From Candidatus Woesearchaeota archaeon (GTDB taxonomy: Archaea; Nanobdellota; Nanobdellia; Pacearchaeales; UBA284): 64,000 nt of DNA. The stretch lies in contig CAYGZP010000001.1 of NCBI GenBank assembly GCA_964354405.1, forward strand, positions 148,879 through 212,878, in the 5' to 3' direction. Shown in pieces: positions 47,793 through 58,182 of this stretch. Under the pieces are notes generated by a model that saw nothing but the letters and a program-made list of their open reading frames with translations, was not told the DNA's origin and did not search any database. Numbering within the stretch: position 1 is the first letter of the stretch; the number at the start of each line of letters is the position of its first letter. Made by a program: the position numbers and the translations under genes.

Positions 47793-49088
47793 TTATTTAT
47801 GTTTTTTCCTCAATAAGGTAGATAACAGGGCAAAGAATAATAGAGCATTTACAGCCAAAATAACAGTTATAAAATCTATCAAAGTTCTGTGAAATACAAT
47901 TAACAGAGCAATCAGTAAGAAAACGCAAGTCCCTAAAATTCTTGCAGTCAGTTTTTTGTTCCAATCTAGCGAGAGATTGTAAAAAATAAGCAAACTAGAG
48001 AGCGACAAGAAACCCATTGCGATAACCATATATTTCAAGAGGGGCGCGATACTAATGTATTGATTTCCAGCAACAATTTGTATAATAATTTCCGGTGCGA
48101 ATATAGAAGCTATCAAGAAAAATCCGATTAGTGCTAAAACATAGAGTCCTGCCGTAAATAATACTTGTTTGGCTTCCTGCTCTTTGGTTTTCATCTTTTT
48201 CTTACTTTTGCTTTTTTTTGCATGGTGCTCTGCAATAGAAGAAAACATAACTCTAGTGATTATTATTGAAACAAATAATATGAATTTACTTGCAACAGAA
48301 AGTGCTCCATAAAACCCAGAAGTCTTGGCCGAGAAAAAATATCTTGCAAGTATGGTGTCTAAAGAATATAGCGCAACAAAGAATAGAAATATGATAAAAG
48401 CAGCTATTGAATAGCGAATAATCTGTGTCTTTCCTTCAAATTTTTCAGTTTTTGCTTTTAATATTTTTTTAAGTGGCAAAAGTCCTACCAAAAATGCCAA
48501 TGCCATGGAAACTGGAATTGATATTAACGCTCCGTTCACTCCTAATCCAAATAAGATTAAACCCACCGCAATAGCCAGTTTTACAACACCCTCAACTGAA
48601 TTATTAACCCCCAGATGCCCAAAGCTTTGAATTCCCTGCAAGATGCCCCAAATTATCGGCAGCAAAAAAGCCACAAGTAAAGAAGCTCCAATAATCATGA
48701 TGTTAGAATAAGAAGCATGGAAAACCTGGATTAATAAAGGTGTCAGCAATAAATAAATCAAAAAGATGATTATAGAATAAATAAGTATATTTTTAACAGA
48801 AGCCAGGAAAAAACTTTTTATTTTCCCATATTCTTTTTTGGATGTTAGTTCTACAGTATAGCGCGCTATGACAGTTCGAATAGTTTCATGAGGTACAGTA
48901 AAAAGATAAGTTAATGCAATCAATGAATAAAGCAGCCCATAATCTTCAACACTCAACATTCTTGCCATCAAAAAGAAGAAAATATAACTCGCCACAGCCG
49001 CAACTATCAACATCGCAAGTTTTGTTACAACATTCCTGTTGAACTTTGATTTTATCGTAGAAACCTGCTCGCTATTTTTAATTTTCAT
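47793..49088 (-). CDS. Wzx-type flippase
   Basis: ARML..DYG; about 12 TM segments. Confidence 0.85.
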   Translation of the reverse strand: MKIKNSEQVSTIKSKFNRNVVTKLAMLIVAAVASYIFFFLMARMLSVEDYGLLYSLIALTYLFTVPHETIRTVIARYTVELTSKKEYGKIKSFFLASVKNILIYSIIIFLIYLLLTPLLIQVFHASYSNIMIIGASLLVAFLLPIIWGILQGIQSFGHLGVNNSVEGVVKLAIAVGLILFGLGVNGALISIPVSMALAFLVGLLPLKKILKAKTEKFEGKTQIIRYSIAAFIIFLFFVALYSLDTILARYFFSAKTSGFYGALSVASKFILFVSIIITRVMFSSIAEHHAKKSKSKKKMKTKEQEAKQVLFTAGLYVLALIGFFLIASIFAPEIIIQIVAGNQYISIAPLLKYMVIAMGFLSLSSLLIFYNLSLDWNKKLTARILGTCVFLLIALLIVFHRTLIDFITVILAVNALLFFALLSTLLRKKHK

Positions 49089-49121
49089 TTTTCAATTACT
49101 TTATCCTTATTACGTGATCCT

Positions 49122-50009
49122 TTAAAACAAAAGAGGGGTTATAAAAACTTCAATAAACGCAGAAACAATCAAGATGACTAGTGCAAGGATTATCAAATCT
49201 AGAGAATCTTGTAAAATGTGCCAAAACTTACCCTTGCCAAACTCATGTTTAATTAGCGCCGATCCTATGATACCGCCGGCAAGAGCCACGACAAAATAAG
49301 AAGCCACCTCTGGCAAGCCATGTATCATATATCTTCCCAAGCCCGCGGGCAATCCCGCGATGCTGCCTCTCGCAAATATCCCAATCGCGCTCGCTATTAC
49401 ACTGGCATTCCAAACCAATATAAATATCGCGCCAGCTCCAAATAAGAACGAAAGCAGCAACGAGAACAGCAACACATAAAAATTATTCGAGAGTATTGTT
49501 GAAACGCGGTTCATCCCATCCTTCAAAGTTATAGTGCTTTTAGAAGGCACGGGTGGATTAAACCCCTGTGCATTGAAAGCATTGGAAACACATTGCTCCA
49601 TATTGGTTCTCGCGTTAATAAGACAATATGTTTCGACTTGCGCTTTAAAATTGGAACTTGTCGTGTCTGTAGGCATAACAACAAAAAGCACTGAGAAAGC
49701 AATCACATAGCCCAAAAACAAGAAACTCAAGGCAGCTAAAGCTTTCCCATGTTCTTTGAGAAGCTTTCTTTCAGTCTTTATTTTAGTGTCCTTCTCTCCT
49801 TCAATCTTTATCATATAGAAAAAGAAAGGAATTGAAAGTATAACAGTGAAACAAACAATGAGCATACTTGTGTATTTTTCAAAAACATAGTTCTTCAGAA
49901 ACAAGAAGTTAACAATAAGCACAGATATTGTGGCATATAATGCCCCTATAATAATCATCTCCCAAGGCTTTCTCTCGGCTTTTTTAGGATTAAGAATTGT
50001 TTCAAGCAT
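49122..50009 (-). CDS. SpoIIM-like membrane protein
   Basis: ILSNN, WNASV, HGLPE, AFIE. Confidence 0.85.
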   Translation of the reverse strand: MLETILNPKKAERKPWEMIIIGALYATISVLIVNFLFLKNYVFEKYTSMLIVCFTVILSIPFFFYMIKIEGEKDTKIKTERKLLKEHGKALAALSFLFLGYVIAFSVLFVVMPTDTTSSNFKAQVETYCLINARTNMEQCVSNAFNAQGFNPPVPSKSTITLKDGMNRVSTILSNNFYVLLFSLLLSFLFGAGAIFILVWNASVIASAIGIFARGSIAGLPAGLGRYMIHGLPEVASYFVVALAGGIIGSALIKHEFGKGKFWHILQDSLDLIILALVILIVSAFIEVFITPLLF

Positions 50010-50149
50010 TTTTCTTTACTCTTTTTTCTTGTTTACTTTATATTATGCTTTGCGTTTTAAAAAGCTTTCCAAGGCTCAAATGCAAAAGTTTTTAATTATG
50101 GGGTTTTTAATACTCTTATAAAAAGAGGAAAAGCCGAGAAAAACTTAGA

Positions 50150-50983
50150 ATGAATGAGTTTGATAGAATATGTAGAGATATCAAAGAATTAAGAATCCAA
50201 GGCGCAGAGAATGTGGCTATCGCAGCAGCCCAGGCTCTGCTCTACAAGCATGATAATAAATCTGTCAAGAAATTGATGAGCTTAAGGCCCACCGAGCCAT
50301 GTTTGAGAAACACAATCAATTTCGTTATTTCATATGATAACATCAGGGAGGGAGTTGCTAGTGTTTTGCAACATTTTACTCTTTCTCAAAAAAGAATAGC
50401 TGAGATTGGCTCAAGATTAATTGAAAATGGCATGACAATCTATACTCATTGCCATTCTGGGGCTGTAATAGCGATTCTACTAAAAGCTAAACAACAGGGG
50501 AAAAGATTCAAAGTTCATTGCACTGAAACTCGCCCGCTCTTCCAAGGAAGGATTACAGCAGCCCAGCTTGCAAAAGCCAAGATTCCAGTTACATTATATA
50601 TTGATTCTGCAGCAAAAGTAGCTTTGAAAAAAGCCGATATCGCATTCTTCGGCTGTGACGCAATAACATCAACAAAAATATACAACAAGATTGGCTCAGA
50701 GATGTTCGCGCTGATGGCGAAACATTACAAAGTTCCCTTATATATTGCCACAGATTCTTGGAAGTTCGATGCCAAGTCTATATATGGCGCAGAAGAGAAG
50801 ATTGAAGAGCGCTCTTCAGAAGAGATATGGCAGAATCCTCCTAAAGGCATTAGAATAGAGAATCCCGCTTTTGAAAAAATAGATCCAAGAATAGTCACCG
50901 GAATTATTTCTGAGTTGGGGATATTCATGAAACAATCATTTATAGAAGCTGTCAGAGACACTTATCCTTTTACTTTTGCATAA
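50150..50983 (+). CDS. Ribose-1,5-bisphosphate isomerase (eIF-2B-like)
   Basis: IQGA, RPTEP, THCHS, ETRPLFQG, NKIGS, NPAF. Confidence 0.85.
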   Translation: MNEFDRICRDIKELRIQGAENVAIAAAQALLYKHDNKSVKKLMSLRPTEPCLRNTINFVISYDNIREGVASVLQHFTLSQKRIAEIGSRLIENGMTIYTHCHSGAVIAILLKAKQQGKRFKVHCTETRPLFQGRITAAQLAKAKIPVTLYIDSAAKVALKKADIAFFGCDAITSTKIYNKIGSEMFALMAKHYKVPLYIATDSWKFDAKSIYGAEEKIEERSSEEIWQNPPKGIRIENPAFEKIDPRIVTGIISELGIFMKQSFIEAVRDTYPFTFA

Positions 50984-51380
50984 CTTTTGCCCTTAACTCT
51001 TGTTCTAATGAGTTCATTGTTTCAACGATTGAGTTTACTTCAGAAGAAAGTTTATTGTAAACATCCAATGCAATGTTCAACTTAGTCTGGATGAATTCTT
51101 TTGCGTCTTCTGTATTTTTCTTGCAAAAAATCTTTGCTCCAGTATTGATAAAAATCTCCTTGTTATCTTTCAATTTTGTTTTTACGAAAACTCCTGGGCT
51201 TACTGCAGCGAGCATTTCAGTCTCGGGTTTTATATTTTTGATATCTTCTAATGCAAGCCCACAGACTTGCAGCTCATTTATCTGTTTCTCAAGCAGAGCC
51301 ATCTGTTGTTCCAATTCTTGCAGTTTCCCATCAAGTAGATTTATCTGCATTATGTCTTTCTGCAGTTGTTCTTTTTCCAT
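50970..51380 (-). CDS. pfdA: Prefoldin alpha subunit
   Basis: Coiled coil, beta-hairpins, coiled coil; IFINTGA. Confidence 0.88.
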   Translation of the reverse strand: MEKEQLQKDIMQINLLDGKLQELEQQMALLEKQINELQVCGLALEDIKNIKPETEMLAAVSPGVFVKTKLKDNKEIFINTGAKIFCKKNTEDAKEFIQTKLNIALDVYNKLSSEVNSIVETMNSLEQELRAKVMQK

Positions 51381-51387
51381 TGTGAGT

Positions 51388-51837
51388 TTAAAGTTTGAAT
51401 ATTTTTCTTAATATAAGGCTAAAAATGAAGCTGAAAATAATGTAACAGAAAAGCCATCCTCCCCCAGTGTCTACTATAGGAATTTTTGCGCCCCAATTAA
51501 TTATATTGCCCCCCACCTTTGCAGCATCCATATAGAGCCATTTCAATCCCGCGAATACCGCGAGCAATGGCAAGAAAGTGATTAACATTGGTTTCATTGT
51601 TAATCTCAAGTTGTCCATGCTGATCTTCATCATCTCCCGTTGTATCTCTGCAAGTTTCTCAGGGCTTTTCTCTTCTTTTAATTTTGCCTGAAGCTCTTTC
51701 TGCCGGTCTTTAAGCGCCTGGGATTTTTTCTGATTTATAAGAATCTTGTAGAGAAAAGTCAATAGTGCAGTGATAATTAAAGAGAATACAATCATGCTAA
51801 CAAGCGGACTCCATAAAACAAAATCAACGAGGAACAT
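51388..51837 (-). CDS. EMC3/TMCO1 (DUF106) membrane insertase family protein
   Basis: KPMLITFLP, GW..YI; downstream of secY. Confidence 0.9.
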   Translation of the reverse strand: MFLVDFVLWSPLVSMIVFSLIITALLTFLYKILINQKKSQALKDRQKELQAKLKEEKSPEKLAEIQREMMKISMDNLRLTMKPMLITFLPLLAVFAGLKWLYMDAAKVGGNIINWGAKIPIVDTGGGWLFCYIIFSFIFSLILRKIFKL

Positions 51838-51962
51838 TTTTATCTTTTATTTTTTATAGTTTGTATCTATTTAGTTTTATCTATTTTTTCTTTTCGTCTT
51901 TTGCTTAAAGATTTTTTAAATCTTTATTTTGATAAAATCTTTGATTTTCGTGCGTAAAAGAT

Positions 51963-53336
51963 TTATTTCGCCACAAACTTTCTTGCAAGAGGATTCATGT
52001 CAAGAGCATGCTGTTGAGCTATTTCTTCGTAAAGTCTGTATATAATCATGACACTTAACAAAATTCCCGTTCCTCTCACTAAAGCGCCTGAAACATCTGC
52101 CAGTGCCGCGAGCAGCCCTACAGCTGCGCCTCCCATAACAGTCAATGGCATGATATATCGTGAGAGTATGGATTCAGTGACTCTTGTATCTTGTCTGAAT
52201 CCGGGGATCTGCATTCCACTCGAAGCAATTTGTTTTGCTTGGCTCTGGGGGTCCTGTCCAGATGTTTTCATCCAAAATATTGCAAACATAACAGAGCCTG
52301 CAATCATGAACAAAATGTAAAATAAAGATTGCCATAACATTATCGGAGCAAAAGAGCCCTTGATGATATGTTCTACTAGTCCTGCTGACGGAGCAGAAAT
52401 CCAGAAAGCCAATCCACTCACCGGAACCCCATCTGCACTGAAACTTCCTAAAATAGTGGCATGTTTCGCGAACTTTTCAGCCAACATAGCGAATAGATTT
52501 ACATTTGCATGCAATGCCGCAGTTAAAATAACAGGAATGTTGCTTGTGTAGAAAAACGCAAGAGGCCACCTTATCCCAAATCCTCTTATTCTTCCGAACG
52601 ACAGAGGCACCTCGACTTTTATTGCCTGAGTGTAGACAACAACGATGAATACAACAACTGTCGCGGCAATCGCTGCGAAAGCCGCTATAGCTCCAGTCGT
52701 ATCGGCATTAATCAACGATACAATAAAAACAGGAATTTTTCCTATAGGCTGTAATGCTTTCTGTGGCCCTATGAAATTAAAAGATCTTATGCATAATTGC
52801 CAAGCCACTCCGCCGACAATGAATAATCCCACCCCATTGCCGAATCCCCATTTGCTTATTACCTCATCCATAAAGATAACGAGAATCCCCCCAAGACAAA
52901 GCTGGAAAATTAATAATCCCGCGAATCCTGGCGCTGCCTGCAATCCCCCCATCAGAACATATATCGCACCCTCGAACAGTGCAAAGAACACTGCTAATAT
53001 CTTCTGCAAACCCTGGAAAAATCTTTTTCCTTCAGGCGTTGTCAAATCTAACGAGATTAACTTCGAGCCTACAAGTAACTGTAATACAATTGAAGCTGTG
53101 ACTATTGGTCCAATACCCAAAGACATCAGACTTCCGAAGCTTGCCCCGAAAATTATAGCCAGATATTCGAACTTGCTAAGGGCATTTTCAGTCAATCCAT
53201 ACAAGGGGATATTAGAAAGTACAAAAAAGAAGACAAGAACTATCAAAGTCCACTTGAGTTTTGTTCCAAAGCTAAGTTTCTTCTCAGCAGGAGCTTTCAC
53301 TTCAGGCAGATTAATTATCAAATCTTTCAACGACAT
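51963..53336 (-). CDS. secY: Preprotein translocase SecY
   Basis: LGIGPIVTASI, KWGFG.G, YTSNIP, IPGFR. Confidence 0.98.
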   Translation of the reverse strand: MSLKDLIINLPEVKAPAEKKLSFGTKLKWTLIVLVFFFVLSNIPLYGLTENALSKFEYLAIIFGASFGSLMSLGIGPIVTASIVLQLLVGSKLISLDLTTPEGKRFFQGLQKILAVFFALFEGAIYVLMGGLQAAPGFAGLLIFQLCLGGILVIFMDEVISKWGFGNGVGLFIVGGVAWQLCIRSFNFIGPQKALQPIGKIPVFIVSLINADTTGAIAAFAAIAATVVVFIVVVYTQAIKVEVPLSFGRIRGFGIRWPLAFFYTSNIPVILTAALHANVNLFAMLAEKFAKHATILGSFSADGVPVSGLAFWISAPSAGLVEHIIKGSFAPIMLWQSLFYILFMIAGSVMFAIFWMKTSGQDPQSQAKQIASSGMQIPGFRQDTRVTESILSRYIMPLTVMGGAAVGLLAALADVSGALVRGTGILLSVMIIYRLYEEIAQQHALDMNPLARKFVAK

Positions 53337-53353
53337 TTTTTGTTTTTATGTAG

Positions 53354-53788
53354 TTATATAATCGTTACGCTTCCACCAGCTTTTTCTATTTTTTCTTTGG
53401 CTTTTTCTGAAAATGATGATGCTTTGACCGCAAGTTTTTCTTTGACATCCCCTCGAGATAAAACCTTATAGCCCTTGAGGGTTATCTCAATTCCTTCTGT
53501 AACTTTCTTCGCTTTTCCCTCTTTGATGAAATGTTCAATTTTTGTCTGCAAGTCATCCAAGTTAATTACTTTGATTATTACATCTTGTTTTAAGCTTGAA
53601 AATCCTTTCTTTCCGAAATAATCCGGCGCGTATTTTAAGACCCATGTCTTTTTCTGTCCAGCACGCTTGCCAGTTCCAGCCATGCCCTTTCCTCCCTGCG
53701 TTCCTTTTCCTCTATAGTTGTTTCTCGCGCCCATGCCACAGCTTCTTCTTCCTCTGATTCTTGAGCGCCTTGATCTTTTTTTAGCCAT
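53354..53788 (-). CDS. rpl15: 50S ribosomal protein uL15
   Basis: GG.GMAG, FGKKGF, KIEKAGG. Confidence 0.95.
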   Translation of the reverse strand: MAKKRSRRSRIRGRRSCGMGARNNYRGKGTQGGKGMAGTGKRAGQKKTWVLKYAPDYFGKKGFSSLKQDVIIKVINLDDLQTKIEHFIKEGKAKKVTEGIEITLKGYKVLSRGDVKEKLAVKASSFSEKAKEKIEKAGGSVTII

Positions 53789-53800
53789 TTTGTTTTTTCC

Positions 53801-54160
53801 TTATAACATTTTTAGCACAAGCTCGTTTATTTTCTCATTCTTGCCCAAGATTCCTTTAGGCCACATAAGCTTTGCGCTTTTCTTGAATCCCCCTCGTGGA
53901 GGATGTAGATGAAACACCTGTTCAGTGTCTTTTTTCTTGGCATTTCCCCTTTTAGCCATTAATTCTTTTAAAGTTTCTTCTTCAACTTCTCCGAAAGCAA
54001 CAAAATCCTGGATTTTTTTAACCATCCCAAAGATTTCTGGCTTGTCTTCTATAATAATACAAGAAAACTTCCTGTCAAGCCGGAGATTTTCAAAGGTCTT
54101 TCTTACATCAGGATGCAAATCTATCTTGCCTCTTATCCTTAAAACAATTATTTTTGCCAT
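53801..54160 (-). CDS. rpl30: 50S ribosomal protein uL30
   Basis: LRIRG, LHPPRGG. Confidence 0.93.
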   Translation of the reverse strand: MAKIIVLRIRGKIDLHPDVRKTFENLRLDRKFSCIIIEDKPEIFGMVKKIQDFVAFGEVEEETLKELMAKRGNAKKKDTEQVFHLHPPRGGFKKSAKLMWPKGILGKNEKINELVLKML

Positions 54161-54186
54161 TTTTATTTGATTTTTATAATTTACAA

Positions 54187-54996
54187 TTAAATTAATTCAT
54201 TGATTTTTTTCAAAGCATCCACAGTTGCTTTTATCATATTTATTTTTGTTCTTGTCTGCCCTGCGCTCTTGCTGTAGATATCTTTTATTCCTGCAAGCTT
54301 CAAAAGTTTCTTGCATTCATCATCCACCGCCAACCCTGTTCCTTTAGGCGCTGGAATTAATCTCACTCGCACACTGCCAACCTTTTTTTCAACTCTTAGA
54401 GGAATACTATGGGGTTCGTTGCATATGCAGTCAAAACTTCCACATCCCCTACTTATCTTGATCAAGTTCAATTTGGCGTTCCTTATCGCTTTTTGTTTTG
54501 CAGGTACAGTTTCTTTTGCCTTGCCATATCCCAAACCAACATGCCCGTTCTTGTCCCCAACAACAGCCATACAAGCGAAAGTAGGAACATTTCCTTCGGC
54601 AGTTTTCTTTTGAGTCTGTCTCCATGGCCTTCTCTTGCCGCCTCCGAATTTTCCTTTTGCTTGTCCGATATAAATCAAATCTGATTCTAGATTGGGCAAT
54701 AGTTTATCAACTATTTCCGGTTCTAAGATTCTTAAGTTCCTGTCAAAAATTTCATCTATATCCTTGATCTTGCCCTCTTTTACTTCTTTTCCAAGAGCGG
54801 TTTTTGGGATCCATCCAGAGACTCTTTCAGCTCGTTCTCTTTCTTCGCGGGTTTTAGCTCTCGTTTCCTTAGTTTCTTTCTCAAATTCTAGTTCTTTAGT
54901 TACCAATGGCTCAATCTTCGCCTCAACCTTTTCTTCCGCGACTTCTCTTGCTTTCATTTTCCTTTCGGATTCTTTTTCCTTTTCTTTCTTTACCAT
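54187..54996 (-). CDS. rps5: 30S ribosomal protein uS5
   Basis: WIPKTALG, VGD.NGHVG, PAPKGTG. Confidence 0.96.
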   Translation of the reverse strand: MVKKEKEKESERKMKAREVAEEKVEAKIEPLVTKELEFEKETKETRAKTREERERAERVSGWIPKTALGKEVKEGKIKDIDEIFDRNLRILEPEIVDKLLPNLESDLIYIGQAKGKFGGGKRRPWRQTQKKTAEGNVPTFACMAVVGDKNGHVGLGYGKAKETVPAKQKAIRNAKLNLIKISRGCGSFDCICNEPHSIPLRVEKKVGSVRVRLIPAPKGTGLAVDDECKKLLKLAGIKDIYSKSAGQTRTKINMIKATVDALKKINELI

Positions 54997-54997
54997 T

Positions 54998-55486
54998 TTA
55001 TTTTAAAATTTTATTTTTGATTTCTTCAATCTTTTTATCGATATCTTTTGTCTTGAGATGTGCCCCCTTCAATCTTTCATTTTCGGGGAACATCTTTTCA
55101 TCACAATTTATTTTCAAGCCGCCTTCGATCGCTCCCTTTATCACAGCATAAATCCTCGAGCCCCTCGTAGATCGCTGCAAGCCAATATCTACTATAGCTT
55201 CTTTAATTTTTCCTTCAGCTTTTGATGCGATTAAAAGTCCTGTTAAATAGGCTGCTGGCAGATTCTTGAAGCCATGATTCCATCCATATTTGCTTAATTC
55301 TTTGGAAACAGCGAAAGCAATGGTTGTATCTTTAGCCTCTTCGCTTTTAATTATTTGTGCTATAATATATTTGTTTGTCTTTCTTATGACAAGCCTGGGC
55401 TTTCTTGCCTGTAGCAACTTTATTCTGGAGTCATAGTCTGTCTTATGTTCCCTTCTTCTCCTGAAATTAACTTTTTTTGTCTTCAT
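54998..55486 (-). CDS. rpl18: 50S ribosomal protein uL18
   Basis: RRRREHKTDY, NLPAAYLTG. Confidence 0.95.
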   Translation of the reverse strand: MKTKKVNFRRRREHKTDYDSRIKLLQARKPRLVIRKTNKYIIAQIIKSEEAKDTTIAFAVSKELSKYGWNHGFKNLPAAYLTGLLIASKAEGKIKEAIVDIGLQRSTRGSRIYAVIKGAIEGGLKINCDEKMFPENERLKGAHLKTKDIDKKIEEIKNKILK

Positions 55487-55497
55487 TTTATTTTTTC

Positions 55498-55920
55498 TTA
55501 CTTTGTCTTTTCAATCAAGTCTTTTCTGCTTCTAATCAAGCTTGCTTTAGCCCATCTTCTAAATTTATGAGCCTGTTTATGAGTGATTGATTTATTTCTT
55601 TTCATTGATTGAATATGGCTTCTAATGTTTCTAATTCTTGTCATATAATCTCTTTTCTTCTGATTAGGGGTCATTTTTGTTTTGCCTACTCCCCTCCTTC
55701 TTCCTTTTCTCTTCCTTGCTTCCCTTATCCTTCCTGCTCTTCTTTTTACTCCCACATCAGCTTTTTTCTTGATCACTCCATCTTTGATAAGCGCTTCTAT
55801 ATCTGATTTTGTTATAGCTTCTTTGATTTCATTGAGACTTGTTGGATCAAACCATACTTTATTTCTCCCAACCCCCATAACTTGTGAGGCAAGTCTTTTC
55901 TGCGTCAATAGAGTTTTCAT
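55498..55920 (-). CDS. rpl19e: 50S ribosomal protein eL19
   Basis: QKRLA, VWFDP, KGRRRG. Confidence 0.95.
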   Translation of the reverse strand: MKTLLTQKRLASQVMGVGRNKVWFDPTSLNEIKEAITKSDIEALIKDGVIKKKADVGVKRRAGRIREARKRKGRRRGVGKTKMTPNQKKRDYMTRIRNIRSHIQSMKRNKSITHKQAHKFRRWAKASLIRSRKDLIEKTK

Positions 55921-56441
55921 TTTTTCTCCTCCTTAGTCTCTTTCTTATCTTCTTCCTTTTTCTCTTCTTTCTTTTCCTGCTTTGTCTCTGTAGCTTTCTT
56001 CGCCTTTGCTTTCCCTTCCTTTTTCTTTTCAAGTTCTTTTTTGAATCTTTTGATGAATTTTTTTGCATTTAGGTTGAGCAATCTGATGTTTTTTGCAGCT
56101 GCTTTCTCCGCGATTTCCATTTTATTTTTCTTGCCGATTTTTCCAACCACCCCTATCTCATCTTCCTTCAAGTAATCTAATTCAGCTGCATTGAAAATCA
56201 ATCTTGGCTTCAATTCTTGCACTAGCCCGCGGACAGCTTTTGGCGAGCTCCAACCTATTGAAGGCTGTATCATATGCCCTGTTCTTTTTTCTCTTAATTT
56301 GCTGTGTCTTCCTCTAGGCCTTTTCCATTTTTGTTTTTTCTTTCTCTTTCTCCCTAATTTTGATTTTTTGAAAGTGTCTTTTCTTAAGAACTCGGGTTTT
56401 CTCTTCTTCAAAATTTTTCTGAATTCATGTAGCTCATTCAT
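55917..56441 (-). CDS. rpl32e: 50S ribosomal protein eL32 with K/E-rich tail
   Basis: WKRPRGRHSK. Confidence 0.93.
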   Translation of the reverse strand: MNELHEFRKILKKRKPEFLRKDTFKKSKLGRKRKKKQKWKRPRGRHSKLREKRTGHMIQPSIGWSSPKAVRGLVQELKPRLIFNAAELDYLKEDEIGVVGKIGKKNKMEIAEKAAAKNIRLLNLNAKKFIKRFKKELEKKKEGKAKAKKATETKQEKKEEKKEEDKKETKEEKK

Positions 56442-56994
56442 TTTGATCTCTTCTCCCTTTCTCCTTTTTAATTATCCATATTCCGTCTTGGAAAATTCTT
56501 CTGTCTTTTGCCCGTATTCTTGTTATACTTTCTATTGTTGCCGCCTGCTGTCCAGTAAGTTCTTTGTTTATTCCTTTTACGATGACTATGTCTCCTTCAA
56601 CGCTGACATCGACTCCTGGCAGAATTTTTATAACTCTGTCTTTATTTTCTCCCAAAAAGTTCTTTATTTCGAACAATCCTTTTCCTTTCTCTATCTTTAC
56701 AGTGATTGGGAAGTGTATAGCACATATCTGTAATCTATACTCGTAGCCTTTAATCGTTCCTTGAATTAGATTAACGATGTGGCTTGCTGTGGTGTTGATT
56801 AATTTTTTTTCTTTTTTAGTTGCTTTGTCCTGGCTGATTATTATCTGATTTCCTTCCATTTTGATATCTACATTTTTTAGGTTGAAGACTCTCTCGAGCT
56901 CTCCCAATGGCCCCTTGACAGTTATTTTTGGGATGTTGAGTTTAACTTCAACGTTTTCCGGAACTGTTATAATCTTTTTTATTTCCCGTTTCAT
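56434..56994 (-). CDS. rpl6: 50S ribosomal protein uL6
   Basis: HFP, NFLGE, DRRIFQDGI. Confidence 0.96.
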   Translation of the reverse strand: MKREIKKIITVPENVEVKLNIPKITVKGPLGELERVFNLKNVDIKMEGNQIIISQDKATKKEKKLINTTASHIVNLIQGTIKGYEYRLQICAIHFPITVKIEKGKGLFEIKNFLGENKDRVIKILPGVDVSVEGDIVIVKGINKELTGQQAATIESITRIRAKDRRIFQDGIWIIKKEKGRRDQNE

Positions 56995-57008
56995 TTTATT
57001 TTTTGTTT

Positions 57009-57395
57009 TTAATAGCAGTAAGCCAATAAACTTCCCCCCATTCCTTTTTCTATTGCATCTTTATGGGTCATTATTCCCTTGTTTGTCGAGACAATCAGGA
57101 TTCCAAGCTGTCTTGCAGGCAGATATCTTCTGATGTATTTCTCGTAATCCTCTTTTTTTACGAAAAATCTCGGTTTTATTGCTCTGCAATCATTGAGCTT
57201 TCCTATGACTATAACAATTTTATCAAATTTTTCCTTCTCCACCCTAAATTCTTCAATATAACCATTATCTTTCATTATTTTCAGCACTTCCAAGATTAAT
57301 CTTGAGGAAGGGATGACTACAGTTTCTCTCTTTCCCGCCCTTTTACAATTAACCAAATCATTCAGCATGGATGATAACCAATCTCTCGTTGTCAT
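57009..57395 (-). CDS. rps8: 30S ribosomal protein uS8
   Basis: IKPRF, STNKGIMTH. Confidence 0.96.
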   Translation of the reverse strand: MTTRDWLSSMLNDLVNCKRAGKRETVVIPSSRLILEVLKIMKDNGYIEEFRVEKEKFDKIVIVIGKLNDCRAIKPRFFVKKEDYEKYIRRYLPARQLGILIVSTNKGIMTHKDAIEKGMGGSLLAYCY

Positions 57396-57414
57396 TTTTT
57401 ATTTTCTCCTGTGT

Positions 57415-57645
57415 TTACATATATTTTTTGAAGCCGATTTTTTCAGCAATTTCTCTGAAACATTGTCTGCATAAATGCAAATTATACTTGCTGATATGCG
57501 CGCCGTATCTTCCGCAATTCACGCACTTCTGCGCCGCAATTCCGTACTTTCTTTCTTTTGGTTTGCAAAATCGCAGGAATCGCGCCTTTATAGCAGGCTT
57601 CTTGTCAAGCTGCTTCATTATTCTTCTCCAATCGCTTGCTGGCAT
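57415..57645 (-). CDS. rps14: 30S ribosomal protein uS14 (Zn type, N-terminally extended)
   Basis: CVNCG...LCRQCFRE. Confidence 0.95.
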   Translation of the reverse strand: MPASDWRRIMKQLDKKPAIKARFLRFCKPKERKYGIAAQKCVNCGRYGAHISKYNLHLCRQCFREIAEKIGFKKYM

Positions 57646-57657
57646 TTTTTATTTTGT

Positions 57658-58182
57658 TTATTTAGTGATTATTTCTTCTGAAATTTTAATATTAAAGTTC
57701 TTTTTGAAAAAATTTATGGTTTCTTCTTTGCTTATTCTGTGTCTTTTTGGGATTCTCGCGTTTAATCTCTTCCTTTTTGCAATTCTCCAGCCTTTTCTTT
57801 TCAATGTGGCTACGACATCAAAGCCCATGATTCCAATCTCTCTTTGATATGGCAATGTAGGAATTTCGATATATTCCTTTATTCCGAAACTCAAAAATCC
57901 TGGATTGAACTGCTCTTCTTTTATCTCTGTGATTCCAGTGAATAGAGTTTTCAATAATTCTACGGCTTTTGCTTTCCTTATGGTGATTTTACATCCAATC
58001 TCTTGCCCTGGCTTGATTTTCCATGTGGGAATCCTTTTTTTAGCCAAGGTTTTTATCGGGGTGGCTTTTGTTATAAAATTTAACAGCTTCACCGATCTCT
58101 CGAGTTTTGCGCTATCTCCAGTAGAACAGTGTAAAGTTAAACTATCTAGTTCTAACTCGCGCATTTTATTATTGATTTTCAT
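57658..58182 (-). CDS. rpl5: 50S ribosomal protein uL5
   Basis: IGCKITIR, SFGIKEYI. Confidence 0.95.
   Translation of the reverse strand: MKINNKMRELELDSLTLHCSTGDSAKLERSVKLLNFITKATPIKTLAKKRIPTWKIKPGQEIGCKITIRKAKAVELLKTLFTGITEIKEEQFNPGFLSFGIKEYIEIPTLPYQREIGIMGFDVVATLKRKGWRIAKRKRLNARIPKRHRISKEETINFFKKNFNIKISEEIITK

Noticed and set aside
52645..53361. 238-aa plus-strand ORF
   Set aside because: Antisense to secY with no recognisable motifs
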